This document shows positions 24,730 to 35,403 of a stretch of DNA of 56,197 nucleotides, in pieces. The translations under genes were made by a program, and so were the position numbers. This stretch comes from a virus (lineage: Duplodnaviria > Caudoviricetes): IMG/VR virus record IMGVR_UViG_3300041809_000302, positions 1-56,197 of that record; one strand, written 5' to 3'. The notes below the pieces were generated by a model that was given only the letters and a program-made list of their open reading frames with translations, was not told the DNA's origin and did no database searches. How positions within the stretch are numbered: the first letter of the stretch is position 1; every line of letters starts with the position of its first letter.

Positions 24730-27700
24730 TGGCAAATACAAAAATCTCAGCACTAACATTAGGCAATCCGGCGCAATCGGGCGACCTGCTCCCTATCGAC
24801 AGGTCAGGCGCGAACTTCTCTATTACCGCAGGCAGTGTTGCGTCTCTCGCCGGGGCGATACTCTCGATCGAGTACATCGTAACCAATTACGGTTGTGTAG
24901 GCAACGGCAGTACGGACAACACCGTTGCTATGAAAGCACTGCTAACCACGATTGGTAGCACCGTGGCAACCATCTGCTTCCCCCAAGGCACGTTTGTACT
25001 GGGTACATCAGGCTCGCCCGCAACTGGTGTCACGTTCCCAGCCAACATCACGTTGGACTTCACGGCGGGTGGTTCAATCAAAGTCACCACCGGAGATACG
25101 GTGACAATCGCTGGACCGGTTATCGCCGAAAGGCAACAGATATTCAATAATGCCACCGCTACTTTGGGCACCATCTCGTTCGCAGGCAACTACAAGACCA
25201 GCACATTCTTTCCCGAATGGTGGGGAGCGCTTGCAAACGGAAGTAATAACGATCTCGCAGCATTGCAAGCGTGCTCGAATGCGATACTTACCATCCAATC
25301 TATCAGTTGTGGTATCGTGTCACTCAGTTCCGGTAACTACCTCCTAGGTAGTGGAACTTGGGAGATAGGCAATGCAGGTAACCCTCAGAACCACATCGCC
25401 ATCATGGGCACGGCAGGCGGCGCAGGTGGCACCCAACTCATCAGTTATAATACGGGTACCACCCCAGTTATCTACCTCAATAACACAACCAACTGCCAGA
25501 TTAAGGATTTCACTCTTCAAGGTCTCAGCATCACTGACGGCATTGGTTTCGCCATGGGCGGTGGAGCAAGCACGGGATTAAACACCGCCAACATCGAGTT
25601 CACCAACGTCGGTGTTGTTGATTTTAACCACGGCTGGGACTGTTCTGGCGGCCTAGGAACCTCTGCGTCAATCACGCTGTCTACATGCATCATGTACTAC
25701 TGCACGGCTGGCGTCTTCGTTGACAACGACAATGCTCTGGCGATAACACTCATCAACCCCACGATATACTTTTGTACCGTGGGCGTTGATTGCGGCACTT
25801 CTGGTGTATCTATATACGGCGGTGCAGGTTCCCACAACGGGACGGACATCTCCATCACCAATTTCGGTGTAAACGTCATCAGTCAGTTCTACAGCGAAGT
25901 GGCTGGGATGTTCCTGAACCACACAGGCAGTGCAGCGTGCATGACGACCGTGGAGAACTGTCAAGTCGATGCATTAACTGGCGGGAATACTACCCCAGCC
26001 ATCAGCATCTTCCAAGGCTCGGTCACTGTAAGTAACTGCCTCTTGATGGGCACAGTTGTAATGAGTGGCCCAGGCGTCATCCTGAACTTGGTCAACAACC
26101 AAATATGCGACGCGAGCAACACGTACACAGCCACGGCTACGCCTGCGGGCATGGGACCAGGTTTCCGATGTTCTGAAGCAGGTGGAGTGTTCAACTCCAC
26201 CAACAACATGAACATCACCACCCCCGGCTTCAACCCTGTGGTTAATAGTCAGGCGGACCTAAGTATATGGCCGTCGGGCAGAGGGCTTATTACCGTTGGC
26301 AACATTGCCAGCATGACAGGCTACGGCCAAGGTGCAGCACTGACCGTCTCGTCCAATACTATCTCACCGACATCATATGCTCATCACGTCGGTAGCGGGC
26401 TGATTAAGACCATTGCACTACCGGCTGACTCCTATACAAGCGTCCAACCTAACCAGTGGTTCGTCGCTATAGCAGACGGCACGTTCTCTACGGATACGAC
26501 TAGTAACATCGCACTCGCCATCAACGCAACGGTTGGTCAAGTTGTCCTGTTCGCCTATGACCCCGGCACAGGGCTGTGGTATCCGTCATACGTCAATCCG
26601 AATTTTGCCTCTATGGGGCTAAGTCGTACATCGCCCGCACTGGTAGCACATACAGGGGCGGCAATGAGCAGTTCCGTGGCGTCCCTAACCACATCAGCCA
26701 TCAACACCACGGGCTCAAACCTGCTTGTCGTGGCGGGAAACTGCCTCTACAACACTAACCTTGTCGTGACCGACAGTTTTAATAACACATGGCAGGCACT
26801 TATATTGTATGGGAACACGGGAACTGGGACATACTTTACCCAGATATCCTATTGCTACAGCCCTACGGTTGGTGCTGGTCACACGTTCACCCTGACACCT
26901 GCTGCTGGTGCTGGCTACTACAGCGACATGGAAGTGCTTGCCTTCAGTAACATGACTGCTGGCAGCACCGTCTATCAAGCATCATCGACCGCAGGGAACC
27001 ATAACACCTCGTCCGCAACACTCCAACCGGGCAGTGTGACACCCGCTAATACCGGCGATTTAATCATCACCGCTCTATCTACGAACGAGTACTATACGAA
27101 CATCAGCATCAATGACGGCTTCATCATCACCGACCGCCCAGAAGCAACAAGCCAATGGGTAGCGGGTGCAGCAGCGTATCTGGTCACCACAAGCACAAAC
27201 GCAGTCAACCCTACGTGGTCTACCGGCCAATCGGGGGGTAGCCAATCAGCGGCCATAGCGGTGTTCAAGTCTGCTCCCTCTCTACCGACCTTCACAGGTT
27301 CTCTGGGGAATGGCACAACTGCGGCTACACAGGCGGCACTTGATGACTCCGCACTGGTCGCAACCACTGCATATACGGACTCTGCCGTAGGTGTCGAAAC
27401 TTCACGAGCGGAAGCAGCGGAAGCGTTGAAACTCCCCCTCGCGGGCGGCACGATGACTGGTGCGATAGAAATGACCAGCGGGCTCGCCATCAATTGGAAT
27501 GCGGACTCTGGCATCTCCCGCCTCGGTGCGGCATCTCTTGCTATCGGCAACGGGACTGCTGGGGATTACTCGGGCAGTCTGAGACTCACTGACGTTTCGG
27601 TGTTGACCAACAATGCATCTAGCCCAGCAATGTTGAATGTACAGAATACCAACAGCGCTGCCGAGACATACATCGGTGTTCTGAACGACTTAGGCTCCGG

Positions 27701-28172
27701 CATATATGTGGGCATTTGTGGGTCTACCTATGCCATCTCTACGTTCAGAAACGCAGCGTTGTTTGGCGTGGACGCTGGCACAAGCGCAGCCACGTCTTTC
27801 ATCATCAGCACGAATACTAACCTATCAAGTGGCGGGACTGCACCAATCTCTTTCGTTGCTGGCGGCTTCTCAGTAACCCCGCAACTCACAATCCAGCCGA
27901 GTGGGGCAATCCAAATCGGCGGGTCAGACACCTGCATCTCTCGCCTCGGTGCTGCTTCTATAGCAGTCGGCAACGGGACTGCTTCTGATGTTTCTGGAAG
28001 TTTGTCGCTGAAGACTATCCTGATGACAGCATCCGCTGGTGCTCCAACGTCCGCAGGGACAGCAGGAACCGCTGGACAGATTATCTACTATAGCGGGCTT
28101 GCCTACCTCTGCACGGTGACAGGTTCAGCAGGTTCTGCGACATGGAACAAGTTGAATCTAACAGCGGTATAG
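24729..28172 (+). CDS. Tailspike/tail fibre with parallel beta-helix (pectate lyase-like) domain
   Basis: YGCVGNGSTDNT.A and PEWWGA..NGSNND...LQ caps; beta-helix-like repeats; fibre motifs ATTAY and LPLAGGTMTG. Confidence 0.8.
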   Translation: MANTKISALTLGNPAQSGDLLPIDRSGANFSITAGSVASLAGAILSIEYIVTNYGCVGNGSTDNTVAMKALLTTIGSTVATICFPQGTFVLGTSGSPATGVTFPANITLDFTAGGSIKVTTGDTVTIAGPVIAERQQIFNNATATLGTISFAGNYKTSTFFPEWWGALANGSNNDLAALQACSNAILTIQSISCGIVSLSSGNYLLGSGTWEIGNAGNPQNHIAIMGTAGGAGGTQLISYNTGTTPVIYLNNTTNCQIKDFTLQGLSITDGIGFAMGGGASTGLNTANIEFTNVGVVDFNHGWDCSGGLGTSASITLSTCIMYYCTAGVFVDNDNALAITLINPTIYFCTVGVDCGTSGVSIYGGAGSHNGTDISITNFGVNVISQFYSEVAGMFLNHTGSAACMTTVENCQVDALTGGNTTPAISIFQGSVTVSNCLLMGTVVMSGPGVILNLVNNQICDASNTYTATATPAGMGPGFRCSEAGGVFNSTNNMNITTPGFNPVVNSQADLSIWPSGRGLITVGNIASMTGYGQGAALTVSSNTISPTSYAHHVGSGLIKTIALPADSYTSVQPNQWFVAIADGTFSTDTTSNIALAINATVGQVVLFAYDPGTGLWYPSYVNPNFASMGLSRTSPALVAHTGAAMSSSVASLTTSAINTTGSNLLVVAGNCLYNTNLVVTDSFNNTWQALILYGNTGTGTYFTQISYCYSPTVGAGHTFTLTPAAGAGYYSDMEVLAFSNMTAGSTVYQASSTAGNHNTSSATLQPGSVTPANTGDLIITALSTNEYYTNISINDGFIITDRPEATSQWVAGAAAYLVTTSTNAVNPTWSTGQSGGSQSAAIAVFKSAPSLPTFTGSLGNGTTAATQAALDDSALVATTAYTDSAVGVETSRAEAAEALKLPLAGGTMTGAIEMTSGLAINWNADSGISRLGAASLAIGNGTAGDYSGSLRLTDVSVLTNNASSPAMLNVQNTNSAAETYIGVLNDLGSGIYVGICGSTYAISTFRNAALFGVDAGTSAATSFIISTNTNLSSGGTAPISFVAGGFSVTPQLTIQPSGAIQIGGSDTCISRLGAASIAVGNGTASDVSGSLSLKTILMTASAGAPTSAGTAGTAGQIIYYSGLAYLCTVTGSAGSATWNKLNLTAV

Positions 28173-28183
28173 GAGAATCATGC

Positions 28184-28369
28184 ATGATTAAACTCGATGC
28201 AGATTACGTCACACAGATCTTGGTCAACTCTCCCAATGGGAGCACGTTCTCAATCTTTGTGCTGAACGGCAGGCTTCAATCGATGCAGCTTACGTCACCG
28301 CCGCAACCGTATCAATCAACGTGTTCCGATACTTTCAGCCAAACGGTTCCGCCGTTATGTGCAGGATAA
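28184..28369 (+). CDS. Small protein sharing a 21-aa identical segment with the 22414 protein
   Basis: AGGAG SD; ends PQPYQSTCSDTFSQTVPPLCAG. Confidence 0.55.
   Translation: MIKLDADYVTQILVNSPNGSTFSIFVLNGRLQSMQLTSPPQPYQSTCSDTFSQTVPPLCAG
28301..28362 (+). repeat. 62-bp direct repeat, copy 2
   Basis: Identical to 24313..24374. Confidence 0.95.
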
Positions 28370-28372
28370 ATT

Positions 28373-29608
28373 ATGCCAACTGTTGGTGACATCTTATTTG
28401 CGGTGCGGTCGAAGATTCCAGACATGCCTCCCGCTTTGCCTGCTGCGACGTTAGGCCTGAATGCGGCTATTTCTGCGCCAGCGACAATCACTCCGGGAAC
28501 TTACTTTTTTGTTGTGACTCAGAGAAATCCCTGGGGTGAAACTCTACCTTCAGCCGAGGGAACAGCGACAATAACATCAGGGAATGGATGGAATATTGAA
28601 TCTCCAATCCTACCCTCAACGAGCATTTTACGAGTTTACTTGACGCTTCCAGGCGGAGTTTCGGGAAGCGAGATCCAGTATTTTGAAACAAACATTGTTT
28701 CTGGATCAAACTGGTTTGGAACCATTCAGTCACCGTGCACTGGATTTGGCTTGCCTCCCACTCGTTCAACCGCATGGCTGATGGATTCCGACGGCCCGCA
28801 GTTTGGAGTTTCTACCGTCTATCAATGGCTGAACGAAGCGCTTGCCAAGTTCTCCCGGGCAGTTGGCGGGATGCAAGACTATTGCGGAGTCCCTACGCAG
28901 GCCGGCCAGCCCATGTATGTGGTTCCCGGACAGTGGGCAGAAATCTCGGATGTCTGGTATGGAGGTTACTGGGTTCAAGGCGGGAAACTGGCAGAATATT
29001 TCCGCCGGAACACGATCACTTCTTCCGTGCTGAATAAAGTTCAGATCTCCGTGAGAACCCAGCAACAGGTGATCGAAGTCTATCCACAACCGGATCGTAA
29101 TGCCGGGGTAACAACCACGGCACAGAACATGCTGGCAACCGACACCGCGGTAGCCGTTTATAATCCCGGCGCCTTTTATCTGCCCTTCGGATTCTGCCAG
29201 ATAGGGACAGAGATTTGCGCGTACGCCACTACGTCCTTGACTGGCCTGATCCGTGGCCTGGGATCAACTTACGCCCAGGCATGGCCCGCCGGTACGACTG
29301 TAACCGAACTGAGTCTTTTCTGGGATGGAAAACGATTGACTCTTAACAAGTATTGTCCCGGCAGTGCTTTGATGAACCTTGCCGCTCCCCAAGGCTGGGT
29401 CGCATGTCTGCCAAATTACATGCTGGCGCAAGCAAAGAAATCAGAACTGGATCTAGAAGCGGCGGACAAACTGGAAAAGACGTTCTTTGAGGAAGCAAAA
29501 GCGTGGATGGAGGCAAATCGTCCAGTCAACCGCTTCGTTCAGGTTGGCGGGCAGAGAGGAACCATGGCGTTTGACACGGTTTTAGATCAAGGTGTCATAG
29601 TACCTTAG
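28373..29608 (+). CDS. Head-tail adaptor-like protein with inserted domains
   Basis: MPTVGDIL..VR, WLNEA, YPQPD and Y.LA.AK motifs; position before nozzle. Confidence 0.65.
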   Translation: MPTVGDILFAVRSKIPDMPPALPAATLGLNAAISAPATITPGTYFFVVTQRNPWGETLPSAEGTATITSGNGWNIESPILPSTSILRVYLTLPGGVSGSEIQYFETNIVSGSNWFGTIQSPCTGFGLPPTRSTAWLMDSDGPQFGVSTVYQWLNEALAKFSRAVGGMQDYCGVPTQAGQPMYVVPGQWAEISDVWYGGYWVQGGKLAEYFRRNTITSSVLNKVQISVRTQQQVIEVYPQPDRNAGVTTTAQNMLATDTAVAVYNPGAFYLPFGFCQIGTEICAYATTSLTGLIRGLGSTYAQAWPAGTTVTELSLFWDGKRLTLNKYCPGSALMNLAAPQGWVACLPNYMLAQAKKSELDLEAADKLEKTFFEEAKAWMEANRPVNRFVQVGGQRGTMAFDTVLDQGVIVP

Positions 29609-29620
29609 AATGAACAACTT

Positions 29621-32600
29621 ATGGGCGTTAAACCAGTAACGATGGGTCCGTGGATCAAGGGAGTCGATGCCTCGACCGGCACTCTCACGCAGCCAAAAGG
29701 CTCAATCCCTCGTGGATCAAATTTGCTGCTCTCGAAAAGAGGAAGTTTGCGGACGGCAGACGGAACCACAATCGTCGATGCCTATAACGGCGTACCAACT
29801 TCCGGCCGTGGCCGGGCCATGGCTGAGTTCTTCTTCCAACCGACTGGAGTAGCCGGATACTACCTCCGCATCATGCAGGTCTTGGATCAGCCTCTCGGAT
29901 CTCCCAAGAGCCTTGCGGGAACATTAACCGCAGGCGGAAGCCTGACAAGCGGGACCGCTTATTACTGGAGGGTCACAGCTATAGATGGCGCTGGTGGAGA
30001 GACGACGGCATCGAATGAAATCACGCTGACTCCATCGGGAGGGAACCTTTCCGTTACCCTCACGTGGAATCAGGTTCCGAACGCAGCGGGGTATCACATC
30101 TACCGCGGGACGAGTCCGGGAGCGGAAACCTTGCTGCAGACTGTTCCGGTTACCACAAATTCTTATTTGGATAGCGGTGCGCCGAGCGCAACCTTTGGGA
30201 GCTTGGCGGTAGTCTCGGTTGCCGCTCACGGAAGCACGCAGGCTTACATCACCATGGCATCCTCGTATTTTGCCATTATCGGGAGCACTGTAAATTACAC
30301 GCCGGGATCGATTCCTTCGTTTGCCGGAAACTATACGGTTGCATCCCGCATTACGCCCGCTGTGTTCTTGGTTGACGTGACTACGCAATCCCTTCTTCCG
30401 GGTACTTCTACTGGAGGGACGCTGGCATTCAGTCAGTCTCCTCCAACCAGCGACACGACCCAGCAAACCGCTCTTTATGCCATGCCTCCCGCGGCAAACG
30501 GTATCGACTACACGGATGCCAATATCGTTGCCTTGTTTCCCGCCGCTCAGGCAGGGGGAACCGCAGCGCAAGGGTACAGTCCTTCCGGGGGGATTCTAGG
30601 ATGCGTTCAGTTGTGCCCTCAGATGGCACAGTTCACGAATCAAGCCGTACTTGCCCTTGGCAACGGGTTCCGCCCTCAAGTCTATTCCGACCCAAATGGA
30701 ACACCGACCAACCCAGCAACCCAGGTTGCCATCACCGCAATCAGCGTGGATGCGAACGGAGTAGTAACGATTACGACCGCAGCCCCACATAACATCAATC
30801 CCGTAATCGCCTCCCAGAATTACCCGAAGTGGCTGGCAAATACCACTTATGCTATCGGAGATGAAGTCGTTCCGAGTCCTCCGAATGGATACTTTTACGC
30901 CGCGCAACTGCTCGGACAAAGCGGAGGGACCGAACCAAATTTCAACGAGACAGTCGGCAGCATCACTCTTGATTACTTTACCGAGTGGAAGAATATGGGA
31001 ACCCTGCCACCTCCCGCTTCGAATGAAGGAGTGGGGGCAAATGTGGTTCTCGCCGGGATCACGAATGCTGCCTACAACACGAATGGAAACGGAGTAAGCG
31101 CATTTGTCACGATTGCGATTCCCTCTGCAACCTCGGTACAAATCGTGAATCCCAACGCAATCGGCCAAGGAGCATCAAGCGGCGGAACGCTTACAGTCAG
31201 CACAATTCCGGTTGTGTCAACCTTTGTTCCATCGTATCCGGTCTGGACTGCAAGTGTCGCTTATGCCATCAACTCCATAATCGCTCCGACAGCTCCGAAT
31301 ACTTACTACTACAAGGCAATCCAAGGGGGGACGAGCGGGTCTACGGAACCGACTTTCCCAACTACCGTAGGAGCTACTGTAACCGATGGCACCGTGACTT
31401 GGCAGAATGCAGGCACGTTGCTCAGTGCCGCTCCGCCACCTCCCGGATGCGGTCATCTCGCCGTGTATTCGGGATCGCTCTGGATGTTCGACACCTACGT
31501 CACCGATACCGGCCCCAGCACCAACACAGGAACCGGGACTGTTCCGATTGCTCCAAATACCAATATCGGATTAGACGGGCCTTGTAGCCTACGAATGTCA
31601 GACGTGAATAACTTGCAGTCCTGGAATCCGATCAACCAGGCGTTTCTCGATAAAGACGATGGTACTGAAGGCATGGGACTCGGCAGTTTCACGATCGCCG
31701 CGCAGGGCATCCCGCCGGAGGGTAGTTTATGCGCCTTCAAGCGTCGTGCCGTGTATCAGATCATCGGAGTCTTTGGGGCTTCTAACTTTGCCATCCAGAG
31801 AGTCCAGAGCGACATGGGAATTCTTGCTCCGAGAACGCTGCAGTTCGTTCCCGGATTCGGATTGGTTCGACTGACCTATCTTGGTGTAGCGGTATTCGAC
31901 AGCGTGAATGACCGTATCATAAGCACGCAGGTTGCTCCGTACCTGATCGGGTCAAACGATCCCGACAATGCGGACATCATTCCACTGGATCCGCAGTGGC
32001 AGACGGTATGCCAGTCGGCTCTGACGGCTACTCCCCCGATGTACTGCTGTGCTATCCCGGTTGGTCCGCAGGGGTCATCGTTTGGGTCGCTGACAACAAT
32101 CTTGTGTTTCGATCTCGTTCTCAAAGGTTGGGGGATAGTAAATCTACCATTTCCCATATCCACCATGTTCGGGTCGGTCACGTTCTCAACCGTTGCCCAG
32201 ACAGTGTTTGGGTCTTTTAACGATGGAACGCTTCAGCAATGGCAAGAGGAAGCCGTGACTTGGGCAACCTCGGTCAGCGGATCGAGTATTCCGGGACAGA
32301 TTGCCTGGTCCATGCGGACCCCGACCAACGCTTCAAAGAACGCTACCGAGCGACTTTACCTACGCAGAGTAGCGATTTTGGGTCAGCAGACTCCGGCCGC
32401 ACCATCAACCATGACTATCCAGTTGAGGAACGGAGGAATTGTCTTTACGACACAATCTCCCACGCTCCCGGCTAGCGGAGACTTTCAGGTACAGAGCGGT
32501 ACAGGGGAAAACGGTGTTGCCGGCAGGCGGTTCGATGCGATCATCAGCGGTACGGGAATGATCACGATCGACAGCGTTGAATATCACTTGGAACCAAGGC

Positions 32601-32632
32601 CGGTCGGCGTTATGGTAGGCAGTATATCCTAA
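29621..32632 (+). CDS. Tail nozzle/DNA-stabilisation protein with FN3-like and carbohydrate-binding-like inserts
   Basis: 1003 aa; SD...SW, AFK..VYQI.G, MG..APRT propeller-type motifs; podovirus synteny. Confidence 0.7.
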   Translation: MGVKPVTMGPWIKGVDASTGTLTQPKGSIPRGSNLLLSKRGSLRTADGTTIVDAYNGVPTSGRGRAMAEFFFQPTGVAGYYLRIMQVLDQPLGSPKSLAGTLTAGGSLTSGTAYYWRVTAIDGAGGETTASNEITLTPSGGNLSVTLTWNQVPNAAGYHIYRGTSPGAETLLQTVPVTTNSYLDSGAPSATFGSLAVVSVAAHGSTQAYITMASSYFAIIGSTVNYTPGSIPSFAGNYTVASRITPAVFLVDVTTQSLLPGTSTGGTLAFSQSPPTSDTTQQTALYAMPPAANGIDYTDANIVALFPAAQAGGTAAQGYSPSGGILGCVQLCPQMAQFTNQAVLALGNGFRPQVYSDPNGTPTNPATQVAITAISVDANGVVTITTAAPHNINPVIASQNYPKWLANTTYAIGDEVVPSPPNGYFYAAQLLGQSGGTEPNFNETVGSITLDYFTEWKNMGTLPPPASNEGVGANVVLAGITNAAYNTNGNGVSAFVTIAIPSATSVQIVNPNAIGQGASSGGTLTVSTIPVVSTFVPSYPVWTASVAYAINSIIAPTAPNTYYYKAIQGGTSGSTEPTFPTTVGATVTDGTVTWQNAGTLLSAAPPPPGCGHLAVYSGSLWMFDTYVTDTGPSTNTGTGTVPIAPNTNIGLDGPCSLRMSDVNNLQSWNPINQAFLDKDDGTEGMGLGSFTIAAQGIPPEGSLCAFKRRAVYQIIGVFGASNFAIQRVQSDMGILAPRTLQFVPGFGLVRLTYLGVAVFDSVNDRIISTQVAPYLIGSNDPDNADIIPLDPQWQTVCQSALTATPPMYCCAIPVGPQGSSFGSLTTILCFDLVLKGWGIVNLPFPISTMFGSVTFSTVAQTVFGSFNDGTLQQWQEEAVTWATSVSGSSIPGQIAWSMRTPTNASKNATERLYLRRVAILGQQTPAAPSTMTIQLRNGGIVFTTQSPTLPASGDFQVQSGTGENGVAGRRFDAIISGTGMITIDSVEYHLEPRPVGVMVGSIS

Positions 32633-33078
32633 TGAGCGCATATCCCAATTTCGATCACGGCATCATGTCTTACTTGCTTCCACAGGACCAGGCTCGTCTG
32701 ATCGGCCCCACAGAACAGATCCCTGCCGCGCTAGAAGTGGGATTTGAGCAGCTTGGACATCTGGATAGGGAGTGGGTGTGGGTAGTCGAGAACGGAGGAG
32801 TCATTCACGGTGTTCTGCTCGCCTGCCCTTGCCATGGATGTGCAGTGATCTGGCGAATCTCTTTAGATCCATCTTTGAACAATATCGCCATTATCAGGCT
32901 TCTGAGGCGTTTCCTGAGGGACGTAAGAGAAAGGGGGATGGTGGGCCTATTGACTCTGATCGACCCGTTTAAACCCTCCCAGGCTCGTTTCCAGGGCATG
33001 CTGGAGAAGGTTGGCGGGAAACCGTTTGGAACGACCTATACTTTGATGGCGGCTCCCATACCTAAGGAGGGAATCTGA
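32632..33078 (+). CDS. GNAT-like tail-assembly protein
   Basis: WVWVVENGGVIHGVL; position between nozzle and ejection genes. Confidence 0.55.
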   Translation: MSAYPNFDHGIMSYLLPQDQARLIGPTEQIPAALEVGFEQLGHLDREWVWVVENGGVIHGVLLACPCHGCAVIWRISLDPSLNNIAIIRLLRRFLRDVRERGMVGLLTLIDPFKPSQARFQGMLEKVGGKPFGTTYTLMAAPIPKEGI

Positions 33079-33590
33079 TGCCTGATATTGGATTGCCTCT
33101 CATTGTCTCGCTCATCAGCGCCGGGGTAGGCGGAGTCAGCACAGGCGTCGGCCTGTATGAGCAGAGTCAGGCACCAAGAACTCCTCAAGCAGGGTTTGCC
33201 CCTCCGGCAGCCCCGCTGACAGCAGGACAGAATGCCGGTCAGTCCGCGGCAGTGGGACAGCAACTTCCTAATTTGCAAGCTCTTACCGGAGGTTCGTTGT
33301 CTCCGGAATATGCAGCCCAGTTCGGAGCGGGTGGCGCCGGAGTATCGAACAATCCCCAAGCAACTGGCAACATTCAACAGGCAATCAACAGTTTCTTTGG
33401 CTTAGCTCCGGTTGGATCATCTGGTTTAACCCAGAATTCGATAGCCCAGCCAAGTGGCGGGCCGGGGATACTCGATCTGTTGCAGAGGCCTAATTCCGGG
33501 TCGTCTCCGCTAGCGTCCGGGGGAGGCTTGCCAAGCTGGGTACAATCAGTATTAGGCGGGAACAATTTTCAGGGGCTTCAACAGGGGTAA
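33078..33590 (+). CDS. Internal virion/ejection protein
   Basis: Hydrophobic Gly/Ala N-terminus, Gln-rich. Confidence 0.65.
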   Translation: MPDIGLPLIVSLISAGVGGVSTGVGLYEQSQAPRTPQAGFAPPAAPLTAGQNAGQSAAVGQQLPNLQALTGGSLSPEYAAQFGAGGAGVSNNPQATGNIQQAINSFFGLAPVGSSGLTQNSIAQPSGGPGILDLLQRPNSGSSPLASGGGLPSWVQSVLGGNNFQGLQQG

Positions 33591-33593
33591 CTT

Positions 33594-34112
33594 ATGGACG
33601 GACTTGGCAGTTTAGTTCCACTGATCACAGGCGCTTCGGCAGGGGCGGGCACGTTGGGGAATATACTGACCGATGAAAAGCGGAATGCATACACGAACTT
33701 TGTGATGAATTTGCTTAAAAATCCGCAGCAACTGGCTGCCGCCATCTCCAAAATCCAGCAGCCGCTGAATCAGGGCTTGACGCAGGCAGTAGGAAACCAA
33801 GTTCAGGGCAGTCTCGCAGAACGCGGGCTCGCGCAAGCGCCGGGAACCTTTGCCGCCAGTCTCTCCCAAGGTCTTGCCCCGTTCTACCAACAGAATCAGC
33901 AGGTAGCGGAAAATGCGTTGCTCAGTTCTCTCGGTTTACCGGCGGGAGCGTTCGGACAGCCGCAGAACACGTCAGGCAGTATGCAAATGTTCCTTAACTC
34001 ATTGAAGAAACCAAGCACCGGAACCTGGTGGAATAACGTGCCGGATTACAGTAGCAGCAGCGGCGGTTTAATAAATGACCCGTCTACTGGCGGGGATTTC
34101 GGGAGCGTATAA
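33594..34112 (+). CDS. Internal virion/ejection protein
   Basis: Gly/Ala N-terminus, LAERGL motif, Gln-rich. Confidence 0.65.
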   Translation: MDGLGSLVPLITGASAGAGTLGNILTDEKRNAYTNFVMNLLKNPQQLAAAISKIQQPLNQGLTQAVGNQVQGSLAERGLAQAPGTFAASLSQGLAPFYQQNQQVAENALLSSLGLPAGAFGQPQNTSGSMQMFLNSLKKPSTGTWWNNVPDYSSSSGGLINDPSTGGDFGSV

Positions 34113-34113
34113 C

Positions 34114-35403
34114 GTGGGCGCTTGGCTTCAATCCGTGTTGTCCAATATTGGACGCGCCGGCAGCGACGTGCAGGAAGCGAAAGAGCGCAACCTCGCCCAG
34201 AAGAATCAGCAAGCGCAACAGCAGTTGAAACTACAGGAGTTCCAGTCGCAGTTGCAGGAATTGCAACAGCGCCTCCAGACCGGTAAGGCTCCCCAATTAA
34301 CAGGATCTTATACCGGAGCCGACGGCAAGCGCTACGATGCCATGCGTGATCCATTATCCGGGAAGATCACGTATCAGGTGTCCGAAGCTCCTCCGGAACA
34401 GAAGGGAGTCTTCAAGCCACTGCTCACAGAAAAAGGAGACTACGTTCTCTATAACGATGTAACCAAAGAGACAAAGCCGTTAGAAGTAAACGGACAGCAG
34501 GTTAAGGGATTCCCGAAGGGAAAGAATGGCCCACTCATCATCGATACCAAACCGGCCGGAGTCATTCGGAATGGACAGCCCGTAGTCCCAACTGATCCCG
34601 ATTGGACTGATGCAGATGCAGTGAAATTGGCAAGCTATCTCAAGACCTATGGGGAGGCAGAGGAGCAAAAGAACGCCCGCATCAAGCTGGCTTCTACGTC
34701 CCGAGTCGAAGCCTACATGAAGACTAGGATGTATGGTGCCATGGATGCTGGAACTGGAGCACTCGTCTACGTTACTCCCAGCCAGATCGTACAAAGTCCG
34801 GGGAAGTACGCTCCTGCTGGAGCAGCTGTTTCAGCCAAGACACGCACCGGCATCTTCCAAGATATGGATGTAGCCCAAGGCTTCCTGAATGAAGCAATCG
34901 CCAAACTTCCGGACAAGGCATTCGATCCAGGCGCTCGCGCCCAGATCGCCGGAGCTTTGCGATCGTCTGATCCGTCTTCTGCGTGGCACGAGTTCCTGAG
35001 TTCGAGCATAGCAACCACCTTGGACGATTCCCAAGTGGAATACGTGACCGCGCTCATTAACATGCAGGAATCAGCCCTTGCTCTCAGAAGCATCGCTGGC
35101 ATGGGTCAAGGGTCTGACAAGATGCGGGATGCAATCACGAAAATGCTTCCCGGCGGCGGTACTCCATCAAAGTCTTATGCTATCCGCCAGATGAAGCTGT
35201 TCAAGGCGGAAGTGGACGCTCTCAGAACGACAGTTCCGATGATTGGAGAGCCGGGACAAGGTGGAGGTGTGACTGCACCACAACCAGGGACGGGAACGCC
35301 TCCACCAGATGGCAAAGTTCATTTCACTGAAGGAAGTAAAAGTTGGGATATACCACAAAGTATGGTGAACGATTTTAAGAAAGAACATCCAAATGCCCGA
35401 TAA
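34114..35403 (+). CDS. DNA transfer/ejection protein
   Basis: Gln-rich coiled coil, helical C-terminal part; start at GTG 34114 (or ATG 34075). Confidence 0.65.
   Translation: MGAWLQSVLSNIGRAGSDVQEAKERNLAQKNQQAQQQLKLQEFQSQLQELQQRLQTGKAPQLTGSYTGADGKRYDAMRDPLSGKITYQVSEAPPEQKGVFKPLLTEKGDYVLYNDVTKETKPLEVNGQQVKGFPKGKNGPLIIDTKPAGVIRNGQPVVPTDPDWTDADAVKLASYLKTYGEAEEQKNARIKLASTSRVEAYMKTRMYGAMDAGTGALVYVTPSQIVQSPGKYAPAGAAVSAKTRTGIFQDMDVAQGFLNEAIAKLPDKAFDPGARAQIAGALRSSDPSSAWHEFLSSSIATTLDDSQVEYVTALINMQESALALRSIAGMGQGSDKMRDAITKMLPGGGTPSKSYAIRQMKLFKAEVDALRTTVPMIGEPGQGGGVTAPQPGTGTPPPDGKVHFTEGSKSWDIPQSMVNDFKKEHPNAR

Noticed and set aside
24313-28362. Diversity-generating retroelement TR/VR pair
   Set aside because: Copies are identical with no adenine-specific mismatches, and no reverse transcriptase is present.
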